A stretch of 31,113 nt of DNA from a bacterium (GTDB lineage Bacteria; JAMCPX01). The stretch's first letter is position 1. The number at the start of each line of letters is the position of its first letter. Positions 1 to 9,025 of the stretch are shown piece after piece. Under the pieces are notes generated by a model that did no database searches, was not told where the DNA came from, and saw only the letters and a list, made by a program, of their open reading frames with translations. The DNA lies in assembly GCA_037439545.1 (NCBI GenBank), contig JBBIVV010000026.1, forward strand, positions 1 to 31,113, in the 5' to 3' direction. The translations under genes were made by a program, and so were the position numbers.

Positions 1-468
1 TCCGGCATTGTTCAATATCATGCTCTGGAAAAGGTTGTTGGTATTCTGGTTGACCGCTTCAGGCGCCGTGAAAACCGCGCCCGTAGTCCCGTAACCCGGT
101 ATGATCTGGGTGCTCATCGTTATGGGGTTTGCCGTCGTATCTATGACCGATATGGATTGATACTGCATAATGGGCGGGAGGGTCCTGTCGGTGCAATCCC
201 ATGCTTGATAATTCCTTCCATAGCCGCTGTTCAGCACAAACACATTCTTTCCGTCTTTAGAAAGCATTAAAGCATCGGGGAACGGGCCTACTTTAATCTG
301 TGTGCCGAGAGGTGTAATGGTCTTGCCATCCGGTATTTGCTGAGGTTGGATGCCAAGCGTTGGACCGGGACAACTATGGATTACAGTACCGCTGTTACTA
401 TTGTTCTTACTTGAACATGAAACAAAAAATACGAGCAACCCTATGACAGCGTAATAACCCTTACTCAT
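1..468 (-). CDS. Lipoprotein with YVTN/YncE-type beta-propeller start, probably a bifunctional YncE/phosphoesterase-family protein (5' part only, runs off the window edge)
   Basis: Not in the ORF track because it is truncated. Manual translation from ATG 468: MSKGYYAVIGLLVFFVSCSSKNN...IPDGKTITPLGTQIKVGPFPDALMLSKDGKNVFVLNSGYG...QSISVIDT, open to position 1. Lipobox FVS-C; SD AGGAGG at 478-473. The phosphoesterase domain itself is outside the window and only inferred. Confidence 0.75.
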   Translation of the reverse strand, partial: MSKGYYAVIGLLVFFVSCSSKNNSNSGTVIHSCPGPTLGIQPQQIPDGKTITPLGTQIKVGPFPDALMLSKDGKNVFVLNSGYGRNYQAWDCTDRTLPPIMQYQSISVIDTTANPITMSTQIIPGYGTTGAVFTAPEAVNQNTNNLFQSMILNNAG

Positions 469-659
469 AGAACCTCCTCATAAAACTTAAGATTAGCATT
501 AGCGTCCAAATCCGGTGAGAAAGGCCGCATTTTGAAACTACGTCTCTTCTACAACGGATTAAAACTTCTATATCATCCTATTAATAAATGACAAGACTTT
601 CTCACAGGGTAAAGTCTTATGAACCGCATTCTTGCGATCAATATAAGAAAAAAGCGTTC

Positions 660-687
660 TTGAACTATGAGTTTCAGATGGTAAGAT
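660..687 (+). promoter_or_regulatory. Putative sigma70 promoter for the metallophosphoesterase-TBDR1 unit
   Basis: TTGAAC (660-665), 16-nt spacer ending in TGG (extended -10), TAAGAT (682-687). Confidence 0.45.
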
Positions 688-742
688 TAAGAAATTATTG
701 AAAAACAATAATATACATGATACTCACCATCTGAGGGTATCA

Positions 743-2140
743 ATGAAATATGCACTTATACTTATGCTTGCTGTAATGCTGATGTCTGTAAATGCCATGG
801 CACTACAACCGTCTCCCCTGCCGGACCAGATCCATCTTACGTGGACAGGCGATCCGGCAACTACCGTTACCATTCAATGGAGAACGGATCTATCTGTGCC
901 GGATGGTTTTGTAAACTATGGCCCGGCAAAGACCTATGGTTTAAGTGTAACGGGCGTTTCGTTCACCTTGAGCGGGAAAACAGCGACAAATTCCACCTAC
1001 ACCCAGGTCGTCATGCTTCATAGAGTAACCCTCCAGGGGTTAAGCCCTTCGACGACATATCATTACCAGGCAGGCAGCAGCGGTCAGCTCAGCGCGGATT
1101 ATTATTTCACGACAGCACCAAAAACAGGGACAACCGGTACAAGCTATGATTTTATCACCTGCGGTGACTCAAGGGGCACGTCACTCGGCAGTTCTCCTGA
1201 TGCAGGCATCAACCCTTCACTTTCGACATTTGCGGCAACGCTTATGCAGAAGCATCCTGCATTCGTCCTGTTCAGCGGAGACGCAGCGAGTACGGGTATG
1301 ATAGACGAATGGGACGACTGGTTCGCTGCAATGTCTGCCATTAGCCCTTATGTGGTCATTATGCCCGTAGACGGGAACCACGAATATTATTCTCCGGACT
1401 TTTATTCCCAGTTCGCCCTCCCACTTGCAAACGGCAGGACAGACCAGAATCTTTCCGTAGAAAAGGGCGTATATTATTCGTTTGATTTTGCAAACGCGCA
1501 CTTTGACATGCTCGATGATCAGTCATTGTTCGGTGTCCCGGTGCAAACGGACGAACTGACGTGGTTAAAGTCGGATCTCCAGTCAACGCATGCTGTCTGG
1601 AAGTTTGTTTCCAACCATGAACCTGAATTTTCCTCAGGAGGGCATGGCGGCAACTCACAACTCCAGCAGTACTGGGTCCCGGTATTCATGGATAATCATG
1701 TCGATATGGTGTTCAACGGTCATAATCATTTTTACGAAAGGACATATCCCCTCGATCAGGCAGGCACACCGGTAACACCGGCTTCAAAAGGCACTATCTA
1801 TATTGTTGCAGGCAGCATCGGTGCGCCGCTGTATTCTGTAACACAGGCTCCGTTCATTGCTTATGAAGAAAACACCTACAACTATGCCGTTGTCCATGTA
1901 GCCGGCAATACCATTTCCATGGATGCTTACCGGCTCAGTGACACACCGTCGATCAATTATGATACGCTTATGGACAGCATACCCGCGTATACAAAACCAT
2001 TGCCATCGGGGACAGGCTCTGCGGGCTGTTCCTGCAACACGGCAGGCACTGCAGGCTCTCCTCTTGACGTGTGGTCTCTTCTTGTAATACTTATTGCAGT
2101 GTTAATAGGATTAAGGAAGTTATTAAAATATTCACATTGA
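743..2140 (+). CDS. Exported calcineurin-like metallophosphoesterase (purple-acid-phosphatase-like, N-terminal FN3 domain) with C-terminal MYXO-CTERM-like anchor
   Basis: Signal peptide MKYALILMLAVMLMSVNAMA (ATG 743, GAGGG SD at 733-737, preferred to TTG 698). FN3-type PDQIHLTW/HRVTLQGLSPSTTYHY; metal motifs GDSRG, SGD, GNHE, NHEP, GHNHFYER; tail GCSC-linker-TM-RKLLK. Confidence 0.88.
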   Translation: MKYALILMLAVMLMSVNAMALQPSPLPDQIHLTWTGDPATTVTIQWRTDLSVPDGFVNYGPAKTYGLSVTGVSFTLSGKTATNSTYTQVVMLHRVTLQGLSPSTTYHYQAGSSGQLSADYYFTTAPKTGTTGTSYDFITCGDSRGTSLGSSPDAGINPSLSTFAATLMQKHPAFVLFSGDAASTGMIDEWDDWFAAMSAISPYVVIMPVDGNHEYYSPDFYSQFALPLANGRTDQNLSVEKGVYYSFDFANAHFDMLDDQSLFGVPVQTDELTWLKSDLQSTHAVWKFVSNHEPEFSSGGHGGNSQLQQYWVPVFMDNHVDMVFNGHNHFYERTYPLDQAGTPVTPASKGTIYIVAGSIGAPLYSVTQAPFIAYEENTYNYAVVHVAGNTISMDAYRLSDTPSINYDTLMDSIPAYTKPLPSGTGSAGCSCNTAGTAGSPLDVWSLLVILIAVLIGLRKLLKYSH

Positions 2141-2156
2141 ATCAAAGGGGGTAACC

Positions 2157-4505
2157 ATGAAACAAAGGATAGTAATCACACTATGCTTTCTTGTTTTAAC
2201 CGCAGGCAATGCATTGGCTGCGGAACAACTCGTTTCATTCAAATTCTTTCATAAGCCGATACTCAGTACAGCGCCGGGGCAGCCGCTCACCGTGTCGGCG
2301 ACCATCGACCCTGCCAATGAAGTCGCGTATGCCTCGGTCCTCTACAAATCGCCTTCGGATAAGTACTTCAGGGCGGTTTTCCTGAAAAGGGTATCAGGAG
2401 ACATGTTCGTGGGCACCATACCCGCAGTCGATATCATACCTCCGAAAATGCAATACTATATAACCGTCATCGATACAGACGGCCAACCCCATCTATTATT
2501 CATGGGCCCGAACAATCCGCAGAACGTAGACATAGGCGAGGTGAACATTAAATCCGCAGAAGAGTCGGCAGCTCTCGAGCAGGAGCTTGCATTGTTCAGC
2601 TCAGAGGACATCGTCTATTCCGCTGCAAAACATAAACAGAAGATCACGCAGGCACCTGCCGCAATAAGCGTTTTAACTGCAAATGACATAAAGTACAGCA
2701 CAGGTTGGTCGTTATCCGATGCTTTAAGGACAGTCCCGGGTATGGATGTCTCTTTTATAAATCCGGCGTATCCTATTTTTAATGAAAGGGGATACGGTAC
2801 AGAGGAAAACAACCTTATGCTTGTCCTTGTTAACGGCAGGGTGCTGAACAATACGTTCTACGGCCCCCCGTTTATTGAAAGTCTGCCGATACCCCTCGAC
2901 GATATTGAGAGAATAGAGATTATCAGAGGAGCAAGCTCTTCACTGTACGGTGCCGATGCAGTGACCGGTATTATCAGTATCACGACGAAAAAACCGGCAG
3001 CCACTCCGACTTTTACAATCGGAGCGACAAGCGGACTTGTCACGGAAGAGCCTGCCAAATTTTTCAGTACTATCGACACCTATGTCGAGGCACAGGGCCA
3101 GACCGGCACGACCGGCTTTATCACTGCTATAGGGTACAAGGAAGGAACGGATTTCGAGACCCCGGATCATAATGCGGCACTCCTTCCAAAGGCATGGCTC
3201 TATGTAGACCATGCCTATTCCGATGACCTGAAGGTATCGCTCGAAGGCGGGTGGGACAGACCGCAGTTTCAATTATATACCTTGCTTCAGAATCTCTGGG
3301 CTTATGCGGAAGAAACTTATTTAAAACCTACCGTTGAGTATAAAAACCTTAAGATATCCGCTTACTGGTTCAGGTTTAATGTAAATGTGCCGCTGTTTAT
3401 CACTCCATTCAACACACAGATACCCCTTCTTTCTTCTAATCTTTCCGGCACGACAAACACCTATAATCTTGACGTCCAGTACAACCTCCCGGAGATACCT
3501 TACAACAAGGTCATCGTAGGATTAAACACGGTTTATAACACCTATTCCTTTGCCCAACTGGAATCGAGTTACAACGGCACTGATCTGACAAAAGAGCTCT
3601 TATACGGAGGTTTCATACACGACGAGGTCGGACCGTTCTACGATTTCCTGCTCACACTTGACGGTCGTTATGATCACTTCTCAATCACACCTGCAGGATT
3701 AAGCTACAGGGCAAACCTCGCCTATTCTCTGACACCCGACCAGACACTCAGGGTATCCTATGGCACTGCATTCAGAAAACCCATCTATGTTGAAGCCCAA
3801 TTCCTGCCAAAAGTATCTCCCTCATTCACATTACCTATTCAGGGCACGCTTATCGGAAATCCAAACCTGAGCAATGAGCTGATGCATACTTCGGAGTTAG
3901 GATATATAGGCCAGTGGGGAACACACGTAAGGACAGAGCTTACGGTTTATTACCAGGAATTGTATAACCTGATCTATTTCTATACGAACCTTTCCTCTTC
4001 TTCACAGTTCTTATTCCTGAACAGCAACGCCAGATATGTTTCACACGGCGGTGACGCAAGCATAGAGTATGAGCCGATCAAGGAAGTAAAGACCTATGTA
4101 AATTATTCATACCTTGACAGAGAAGATAATCTTACCGGGTCTGTCGGTAACTATACGACCCAGGATTTCAATGCGGGTGCACGGTATGCATTAACGGGAA
4201 ACTTCTTTGTAAACGTTGACGGACATTATGTCTCGGCAAGGACTGCCCATATTTCAGATCCTTCGACTTTATACACAAATGTTATCGTGCAAATGCCTGC
4301 TTACACCATAGTAAACGCAAAAGCAGGATACACCGTTCTGCCGAACACCTTTGAGATTGGTGCGTATGTGTTCAACATATTTAATGACATGCACCATGAG
4401 TATCCTTATTTAACCCTTTATAACAGCTCTCTGACACAGGGAAGCACGTTCGGCGGCGAGGACATCGGCAGGATGCTCCTGCTCTACGCAAACATATACT
4501 TCTAA
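2157..4505 (+). CDS. TonB-dependent receptor (paralog 1) with N-terminal periplasmic extension
   Basis: Signal peptide; TonB-box-like EDIVYSA; plug motifs APAAISVLT, LRTVPG, LVLVNGR, IERIEIIRGASSSLYGADAVTGIISITTK; barrel motifs GRYD, GNPNLSNE, VFNIFND; C-terminal Phe. Confidence 0.93.
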   Translation: MKQRIVITLCFLVLTAGNALAAEQLVSFKFFHKPILSTAPGQPLTVSATIDPANEVAYASVLYKSPSDKYFRAVFLKRVSGDMFVGTIPAVDIIPPKMQYYITVIDTDGQPHLLFMGPNNPQNVDIGEVNIKSAEESAALEQELALFSSEDIVYSAAKHKQKITQAPAAISVLTANDIKYSTGWSLSDALRTVPGMDVSFINPAYPIFNERGYGTEENNLMLVLVNGRVLNNTFYGPPFIESLPIPLDDIERIEIIRGASSSLYGADAVTGIISITTKKPAATPTFTIGATSGLVTEEPAKFFSTIDTYVEAQGQTGTTGFITAIGYKEGTDFETPDHNAALLPKAWLYVDHAYSDDLKVSLEGGWDRPQFQLYTLLQNLWAYAEETYLKPTVEYKNLKISAYWFRFNVNVPLFITPFNTQIPLLSSNLSGTTNTYNLDVQYNLPEIPYNKVIVGLNTVYNTYSFAQLESSYNGTDLTKELLYGGFIHDEVGPFYDFLLTLDGRYDHFSITPAGLSYRANLAYSLTPDQTLRVSYGTAFRKPIYVEAQFLPKVSPSFTLPIQGTLIGNPNLSNELMHTSELGYIGQWGTHVRTELTVYYQELYNLIYFYTNLSSSSQFLFLNSNARYVSHGGDASIEYEPIKEVKTYVNYSYLDREDNLTGSVGNYTTQDFNAGARYALTGNFFVNVDGHYVSARTAHISDPSTLYTNVIVQMPAYTIVNAKAGYTVLPNTFEIGAYVFNIFNDMHHEYPYLTLYNSSLTQGSTFGGEDIGRMLLLYANIYF
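2229..2632 (+). repeat. 404-bp exact direct repeat, copy 1 (inside TBDR1)
   Basis: Base-by-base identical to 5446-5849 (ctcgtttcattc...gctgcaaaaca), offset 3217 bp. Confidence 0.95.
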
Positions 4506-4542
4506 AAAGCCTCTTCACTTTCAGAAAATAGATTAAGAAACC

Positions 4543-4570
4543 ATAAGGGCGGCCTGCAGGCCGCCCTTAT
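4543..4570. terminator. Perfect 28-bp GC-rich palindrome, probable intrinsic terminator after TBDR1
   Basis: ATAAGGGCGGCCTG|CAGGCCGCCCTTAT, 37 nt after the stop codon, followed by AT-rich sequence; U-tract is weak. Confidence 0.7.
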
Positions 4571-4578
4571 TAAATATA

Positions 4579-4609
4579 TTGCAATTTCTTCTCTACGAGT
4601 TTATACACT
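4579..4609 (+). promoter_or_regulatory. Putative sigma70 promoter of udg
   Basis: TTGCAA (4579-4584) with -10 candidates TATACA (4602-4607) or TACACT (4604-4609). Confidence 0.45.
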
Positions 4610-4615
4610 GAAATT

Positions 4616-5344
4616 ATGAGAGCGCATATTGAATCACTTGTTCAGTATATGCAATATTTGAAAGAGCTTGGCTATGACGGCTTTCCTGTGTCCCCCTCAC
4701 CCACCACATCACAAACCGACACTGTTGATTTACAGGACAATAAACAGGTTTCCATTAAAAACATTCAACTTGCCGTATTCGAGTGCGGCAAGTGCAGACT
4801 GAAGCAGACAAGGACTCATGCGGTGCCCGGTGAAGGCAGTCATAATGCATCTTTGATGTTTATAGGAGAGGCTCCGGGATACGATGAAGACCGGCAGGGC
4901 AAGCCTTTTGTAGGCAGGGCGGGCAAGCTCCTGACCGATATTATACACGCAATGGGTATGAGCAGGGAGGATGTATTTATAGCAAATGTCATTAAATGCA
5001 GGCCTCCGGAAAACAGAGAACCTCAGGACGACGAGATACAGGCATGCTCTCCGTACCTGTTCAATCAGATTGAGATCATCAAACCCAGAATTATTGTTAC
5101 ACTCGGCAGATATTCCACATCGACCATACTCGGAATGCCGGACAACATGAGAATATCGGATATGCGGGGTAAATTTTTCAATTATCATGGTATGAAAGTC
5201 ATGCCGACATTTCATCCCGCTTACCTGCTGCGAAATGTAAAGGACAAACGGCTCGTATGGAATGACATGAAGCTCGTATTGGAAGAACTTGGGCTGCCTG
5301 TTCCTTTAAGCCCAGCTCAAGAACGAAGTTCCTTGAGGAAGTAA
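4616..5344 (+). CDS. udg: Uracil-DNA glycosylase family 4 ([4Fe-4S] type)
   Basis: CGKCRL, GEAPG, PFVGRAGKLL, NVIKCRPPENREP, AC, TFHPAYLLRN. Confidence 0.95.
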   Translation: MRAHIESLVQYMQYLKELGYDGFPVSPSPTTSQTDTVDLQDNKQVSIKNIQLAVFECGKCRLKQTRTHAVPGEGSHNASLMFIGEAPGYDEDRQGKPFVGRAGKLLTDIIHAMGMSREDVFIANVIKCRPPENREPQDDEIQACSPYLFNQIEIIKPRIIVTLGRYSTSTILGMPDNMRISDMRGKFFNYHGMKVMPTFHPAYLLRNVKDKRLVWNDMKLVLEELGLPVPLSPAQERSSLRK

Positions 5345-5364
5345 TTTACATAGGAGGTAGCGTT

Positions 5365-7716
5365 ATGAAGGAAAAAATAATTTTTATATTTTTTTTTCTG
5401 ACAGTCCTTTTGTGCATGAGTATCGACGCCATTGCCGCACCGCAGCTCGTTTCATTCAAATTCTTTCATAAGCCGATACTCAGTACAGCGCCGGGGCAGC
5501 CGCTCACCGTGTCGGCGACCATCGACCCTGCCAATGAAGTCGCGTATGCCTCGGTCCTCTACAAATCGCCTTCGGATAAGTACTTCAGGGCGGTTTTCCT
5601 GAAAAGGGTATCAGGAGACATGTTCGTGGGCACCATACCCGCAGTCGATATCATACCTCCGAAAATGCAATACTATATAACCGTCATCGATACAGACGGC
5701 CAACCCCATCTATTATTCATGGGCCCGAACAATCCGCAGAACGTAGACATAGGCGAGGTGAACATTAAATCCGCAGAAGAGTCGGCAGCTCTCGAGCAGG
5801 AGCTTGCATTGTTCAGCTCAGAGGACATCGTCTATTCCGCTGCAAAACACAAACAGAGGATCACACAGGCACCGGCTGCGATAAGCGTTTTGACTGCGGA
5901 TGATATAAAGTATTCCACCGGATTTTCGCTCTCAGATGTATTAAGAACTGTACCCGGTATGGACGTTTCTTATATAAACCCGGCGTACAGTATTTTTAAC
6001 GAAAGGGGCTATGGCACGGAAAAAAACAACCGTATGCTTGTCCTGTTAAACGGAAGGGTATTGAACAACACGCTTTTTGGTCCTACCTTTCTTGAGAACT
6101 TGCCTGTCCCGCTGGATGCCATCGACAGGATCGAAATTATCAGAGGTGCAAGCTCCTCTCTGTACGGTGCCGATGCGGTGACGGGCATTATCAGTATAAC
6201 GACAAAAAAACCGCAGAACAGTCCTACTTTTACCATTGCAGGCACCGGCGGATTAACGACAGAACAACCTGCTCAATTTTTCGGTAACTACGATACATCT
6301 GTCGAAGCGCAGGTTCAAACAGGTACGACAGGGTTTATCGGCTCTGTAGGCTATAAGCGGCTTATGGATTTCTCGGACCCGAACCAGGTGGCCCTTAACC
6401 TGCCCAAGGCATGGTTTTACGTAGACCATGATGTCTCGAATGATTTAAAGACTTATTATGAAGGCGGCTGGGATAAGCCCGATTTCGAGCTCTTTACGGA
6501 TTTATATATCTTTAACGCGCATTTCGAGGAAAGCTACTTAAAAACAGGCCTTGATTACAAAGGACTTAAGGTAGATGCATACTGGAACAGGTTTTACGCA
6601 GACATACCTATGACCGTCCCCCTCTATGGTGCACCTTTGTCCCTCTTCCCTACCGATTTTGCAGGCACGACAAACACCTATAACCTCGACCTGCAGTATA
6701 ACCTTCCGGAAATACCTTATAACAAACTCATCATCGGCGGAAATACAATCTACAACGCCTACGACTACCCCTATTTATTAAGCAGCTATAACGGCATTGA
6801 TCTGGCAAATGAATTTATCTATGGCGGTTTTCTGCATGATGAGATTGGACCGTTCTATAATTTTATGCTTACGCTCGACGGCAGATACGATCACTTTTCA
6901 GTCACCCAGCCCGGTCTCAGTTACCGGGGCAATTTGAGCTATTCGATAACACCTGAGCAGACCTTAAGGGTGTCCTATGGGACCGCATTCAGAAAACCCA
7001 TTTACATGGAAGCACAGTTTATGCCCGCAGTTAATCCTTTACAGGGAATAGTTGTCCCTCCTGTCATCGGCAATATAAACTTACAGAACGAGCAGATCCG
7101 TTCCACGGAGTTCGGCTACATCGGTAAGTGGGGGCCGCAGGTTACCACAGAGCTTACTGCATATTATGAAGAACTCTTCAACATGATTAATTTTGAATTC
7201 CTCTCCAATCCCTTACGCCTGGAATTCCTCAACTCGGCACCGAGATTTGTAGCACACGGAGGGGAAGCTGCAGTCGAATATTATCCTTTGAAAGAAATGA
7301 AGACCTTTGCAAACTATTCGTACATACTCAGAGAGGACAGTATCGGATCCTCAGTCGGCAACTATTCGACCGAGAAATTTAACGCCGGTGCACGGTATGC
7401 ATTGCCGGATGATTTCTTTATAAATGTGGATGGTGACTATGTCTCTGCAAAGGTATGGTCCCTAACAAATCCGTCGGCCGCATATGCTTCATCCGTGATG
7501 ACCCTGCCGTCGTATTTTATCGTCAATACCAAGGCCGGGTACACCTTAATAAAGGACAGACTGGAGATCGGTGCTTATGTGTTCAATCTGCTGAACGACA
7601 CGCATCACGAGTTCCCGTATATAGAGATGCCGAACAGCGCTCAGACCCAGGTTAACACATTCGGCGGCGAGGACATCGGCAGAATGCTTCTCGTCTATGC
7701 AAATATATACTTGTGA
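5365..7716 (+). CDS. TonB-dependent receptor (paralog 2) with the same N-terminal extension
   Basis: AGGAGG SD; signal peptide; same plug and barrel motifs as paralog 1 and collinear along the whole length; ends YANIYL. Confidence 0.93.
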   Translation: MKEKIIFIFFFLTVLLCMSIDAIAAPQLVSFKFFHKPILSTAPGQPLTVSATIDPANEVAYASVLYKSPSDKYFRAVFLKRVSGDMFVGTIPAVDIIPPKMQYYITVIDTDGQPHLLFMGPNNPQNVDIGEVNIKSAEESAALEQELALFSSEDIVYSAAKHKQRITQAPAAISVLTADDIKYSTGFSLSDVLRTVPGMDVSYINPAYSIFNERGYGTEKNNRMLVLLNGRVLNNTLFGPTFLENLPVPLDAIDRIEIIRGASSSLYGADAVTGIISITTKKPQNSPTFTIAGTGGLTTEQPAQFFGNYDTSVEAQVQTGTTGFIGSVGYKRLMDFSDPNQVALNLPKAWFYVDHDVSNDLKTYYEGGWDKPDFELFTDLYIFNAHFEESYLKTGLDYKGLKVDAYWNRFYADIPMTVPLYGAPLSLFPTDFAGTTNTYNLDLQYNLPEIPYNKLIIGGNTIYNAYDYPYLLSSYNGIDLANEFIYGGFLHDEIGPFYNFMLTLDGRYDHFSVTQPGLSYRGNLSYSITPEQTLRVSYGTAFRKPIYMEAQFMPAVNPLQGIVVPPVIGNINLQNEQIRSTEFGYIGKWGPQVTTELTAYYEELFNMINFEFLSNPLRLEFLNSAPRFVAHGGEAAVEYYPLKEMKTFANYSYILREDSIGSSVGNYSTEKFNAGARYALPDDFFINVDGDYVSAKVWSLTNPSAAYASSVMTLPSYFIVNTKAGYTLIKDRLEIGAYVFNLLNDTHHEFPYIEMPNSAQTQVNTFGGEDIGRMLLVYANIYL
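5446..5849 (+). repeat. 404-bp exact direct repeat, copy 2 (inside TBDR2)
   Basis: Identical to 2229-2632. Confidence 0.95.
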
Positions 7717-9023
7717 TGAAACGATTAATCCCTTTACTATATTTATCCGGGTTTATTTTACTGATAACCCTTTTATTAACAGGTATGCCTGCTGCCGGTT
7801 CACCGGAGCATGTAGACCGGGTTTCTATCGATGGTCCGATTGGTCCTGCGTATGCAGGCTTCATAGCACAATGCATAAAGAAAGCCGAGTCGGACCACGC
7901 AAATGCCCTGCTTATAACGATCGATACTCCAGGGGGACTTGATACATCCATGAGATCGATTGTAAAGGCAATTGAATATGCGGAACTGCCTGTTATCGCC
8001 TATATTTATCCGTCAGGCTCCAGGGCTGCTTCAGCAGGTGTTTTTATCGTCATGTCATCAGATGTCGCGGCAATGTCACCCGGTACCAATATAGGTGCCG
8101 CGCATCCGGTTACTATCGGGGGGAAACTTGGAAAAGAGATGCAGGAAAAGGTAACAAACGATGCAGTCGCTTATATAAAGAGCCTCGCCTCACAGAAAGG
8201 CAGAAATGCCGGCTGGGCTGCACAGGCTGTAAGGAAAAGCGTTTCCATACCGGCAGAAGAGGCTCTGAATATACATGTCGTTGATGTCATTGCCCCTACC
8301 ATCCCTGCCCTGCTTACAAAGCTCAACGGCATGAAAATAACGAAAGCAACAGGCACCTATGTCCTGCGCACGAAAGATGCTGCGGTTGACCGGCTTAAAA
8401 TGACTTTGAGAGACAGGGTACTGCTCATCATAAGCGACCCAAATATCGCTTATATATTTATGGTCATCGGCATGTGGGGAATATTTTTCGAGCTTGCAAG
8501 TCCCGGAGCGATATTCCCCGGTGTAATCGGAGCCCTATCTCTTATACTTGCATTTGTTTCATTTCAGACTATACCTGTTAATTATGGCGGTATGCTTTTG
8601 ATAGTGCTCTCGATTGTATTATTTATTCTGGAGGTAAAGATAGTGAGTCACGGGATGCTTGCAGTCGGAGGTGTAATTTCTTTTGTGCTTGGGTCAGTGT
8701 TGTTGTTCGACACATCGTCTTCTTCATATAGCATATCATGGTCGCTGATACTGACTGCAGCCGGACTTACCGCCCTGTTTTTTATTGTTGCGTTCGGATT
8801 CGCACTTAAGGTAAGATTGAAGAAACCGCACACAGGGAAAGAAGGACTTATAGACCAGGAAGGCACGGTAAAGAGCGTAGAGGGGGACAAATTAAAAGTA
8901 TTACTCGATGGGGCATACTGGGACGCACTGTGCGATCGGAAAGACATTAAGGTTGGCGATAAAATTATCGTGAACGATGTAAAAAACGATTTGTTATTAA
9001 AAGTAAAAAAGAAGGAGGATTAA
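7713..9023 (+). CDS. nfeD: Long-form NfeD: ClpP-class membrane serine protease, TM region and C-terminal OB fold
   Basis: IDTPGG, RAASAG (catalytic Ser), [15 protein letters not shown] (Lys of the dyad), TM segments, TGKEGLI and G-x-x-W-x-A C-terminal motifs; adjacent to an SPFH gene. Start GTG 7713 or ATG 7716. Confidence 0.93.
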   Translation: MMKRLIPLLYLSGFILLITLLLTGMPAAGSPEHVDRVSIDGPIGPAYAGFIAQCIKKAESDHANALLITIDTPGGLDTSMRSIVKAIEYAELPVIAYIYPSGSRAASAGVFIVMSSDVAAMSPGTNIGAAHPVTIGGKLGKEMQEKVTNDAVAYIKSLASQKGRNAGWAAQAVRKSVSIPAEEALNIHVVDVIAPTIPALLTKLNGMKITKATGTYVLRTKDAAVDRLKMTLRDRVLLIISDPNIAYIFMVIGMWGIFFELASPGAIFPGVIGALSLILAFVSFQTIPVNYGGMLLIVLSIVLFILEVKIVSHGMLAVGGVISFVLGSVLLFDTSSSSYSISWSLILTAAGLTALFFIVAFGFALKVRLKKPHTGKEGLIDQEGTVKSVEGDKLKVLLDGAYWDALCDRKDIKVGDKIIVNDVKNDLLLKVKKKED

Positions 9024-9025
9024 TC

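Noticed and set aside
575..600. Pho box in the divergent phosphoesterase spacer
   Set aside because: Only a single TGTCAT half-site on the - strand with no 11-bp-spaced partner
743..2140. Calling the phosphoesterase a true purple acid phosphatase
   Set aside because: The GDxxY tyrosine ligand is missing (GDAAS), so only the fold-level call is supported
4543..4570. The 28-bp palindromes here and at 31068-31095 as a REP-like repeat family
   Set aside because: Their sequences differ and their positions are adequately explained as terminators
5389..5397. T9 tract in the TBDR2 signal peptide as a phase-variation switch
   Set aside because: Explained by Phe codons in a hydrophobic leader; 7-8 nt A/T runs also occur in nuo genes; the frame is intact
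2229..5849. 404-bp repeat pair as a diversity-generating retroelement (TR/VR) or as mobile element ends
   Set aside because: No adenine-specific mismatches (copies are identical), no reverse transcriptase, transposase or integrase, and both copies are in-frame coding sequence
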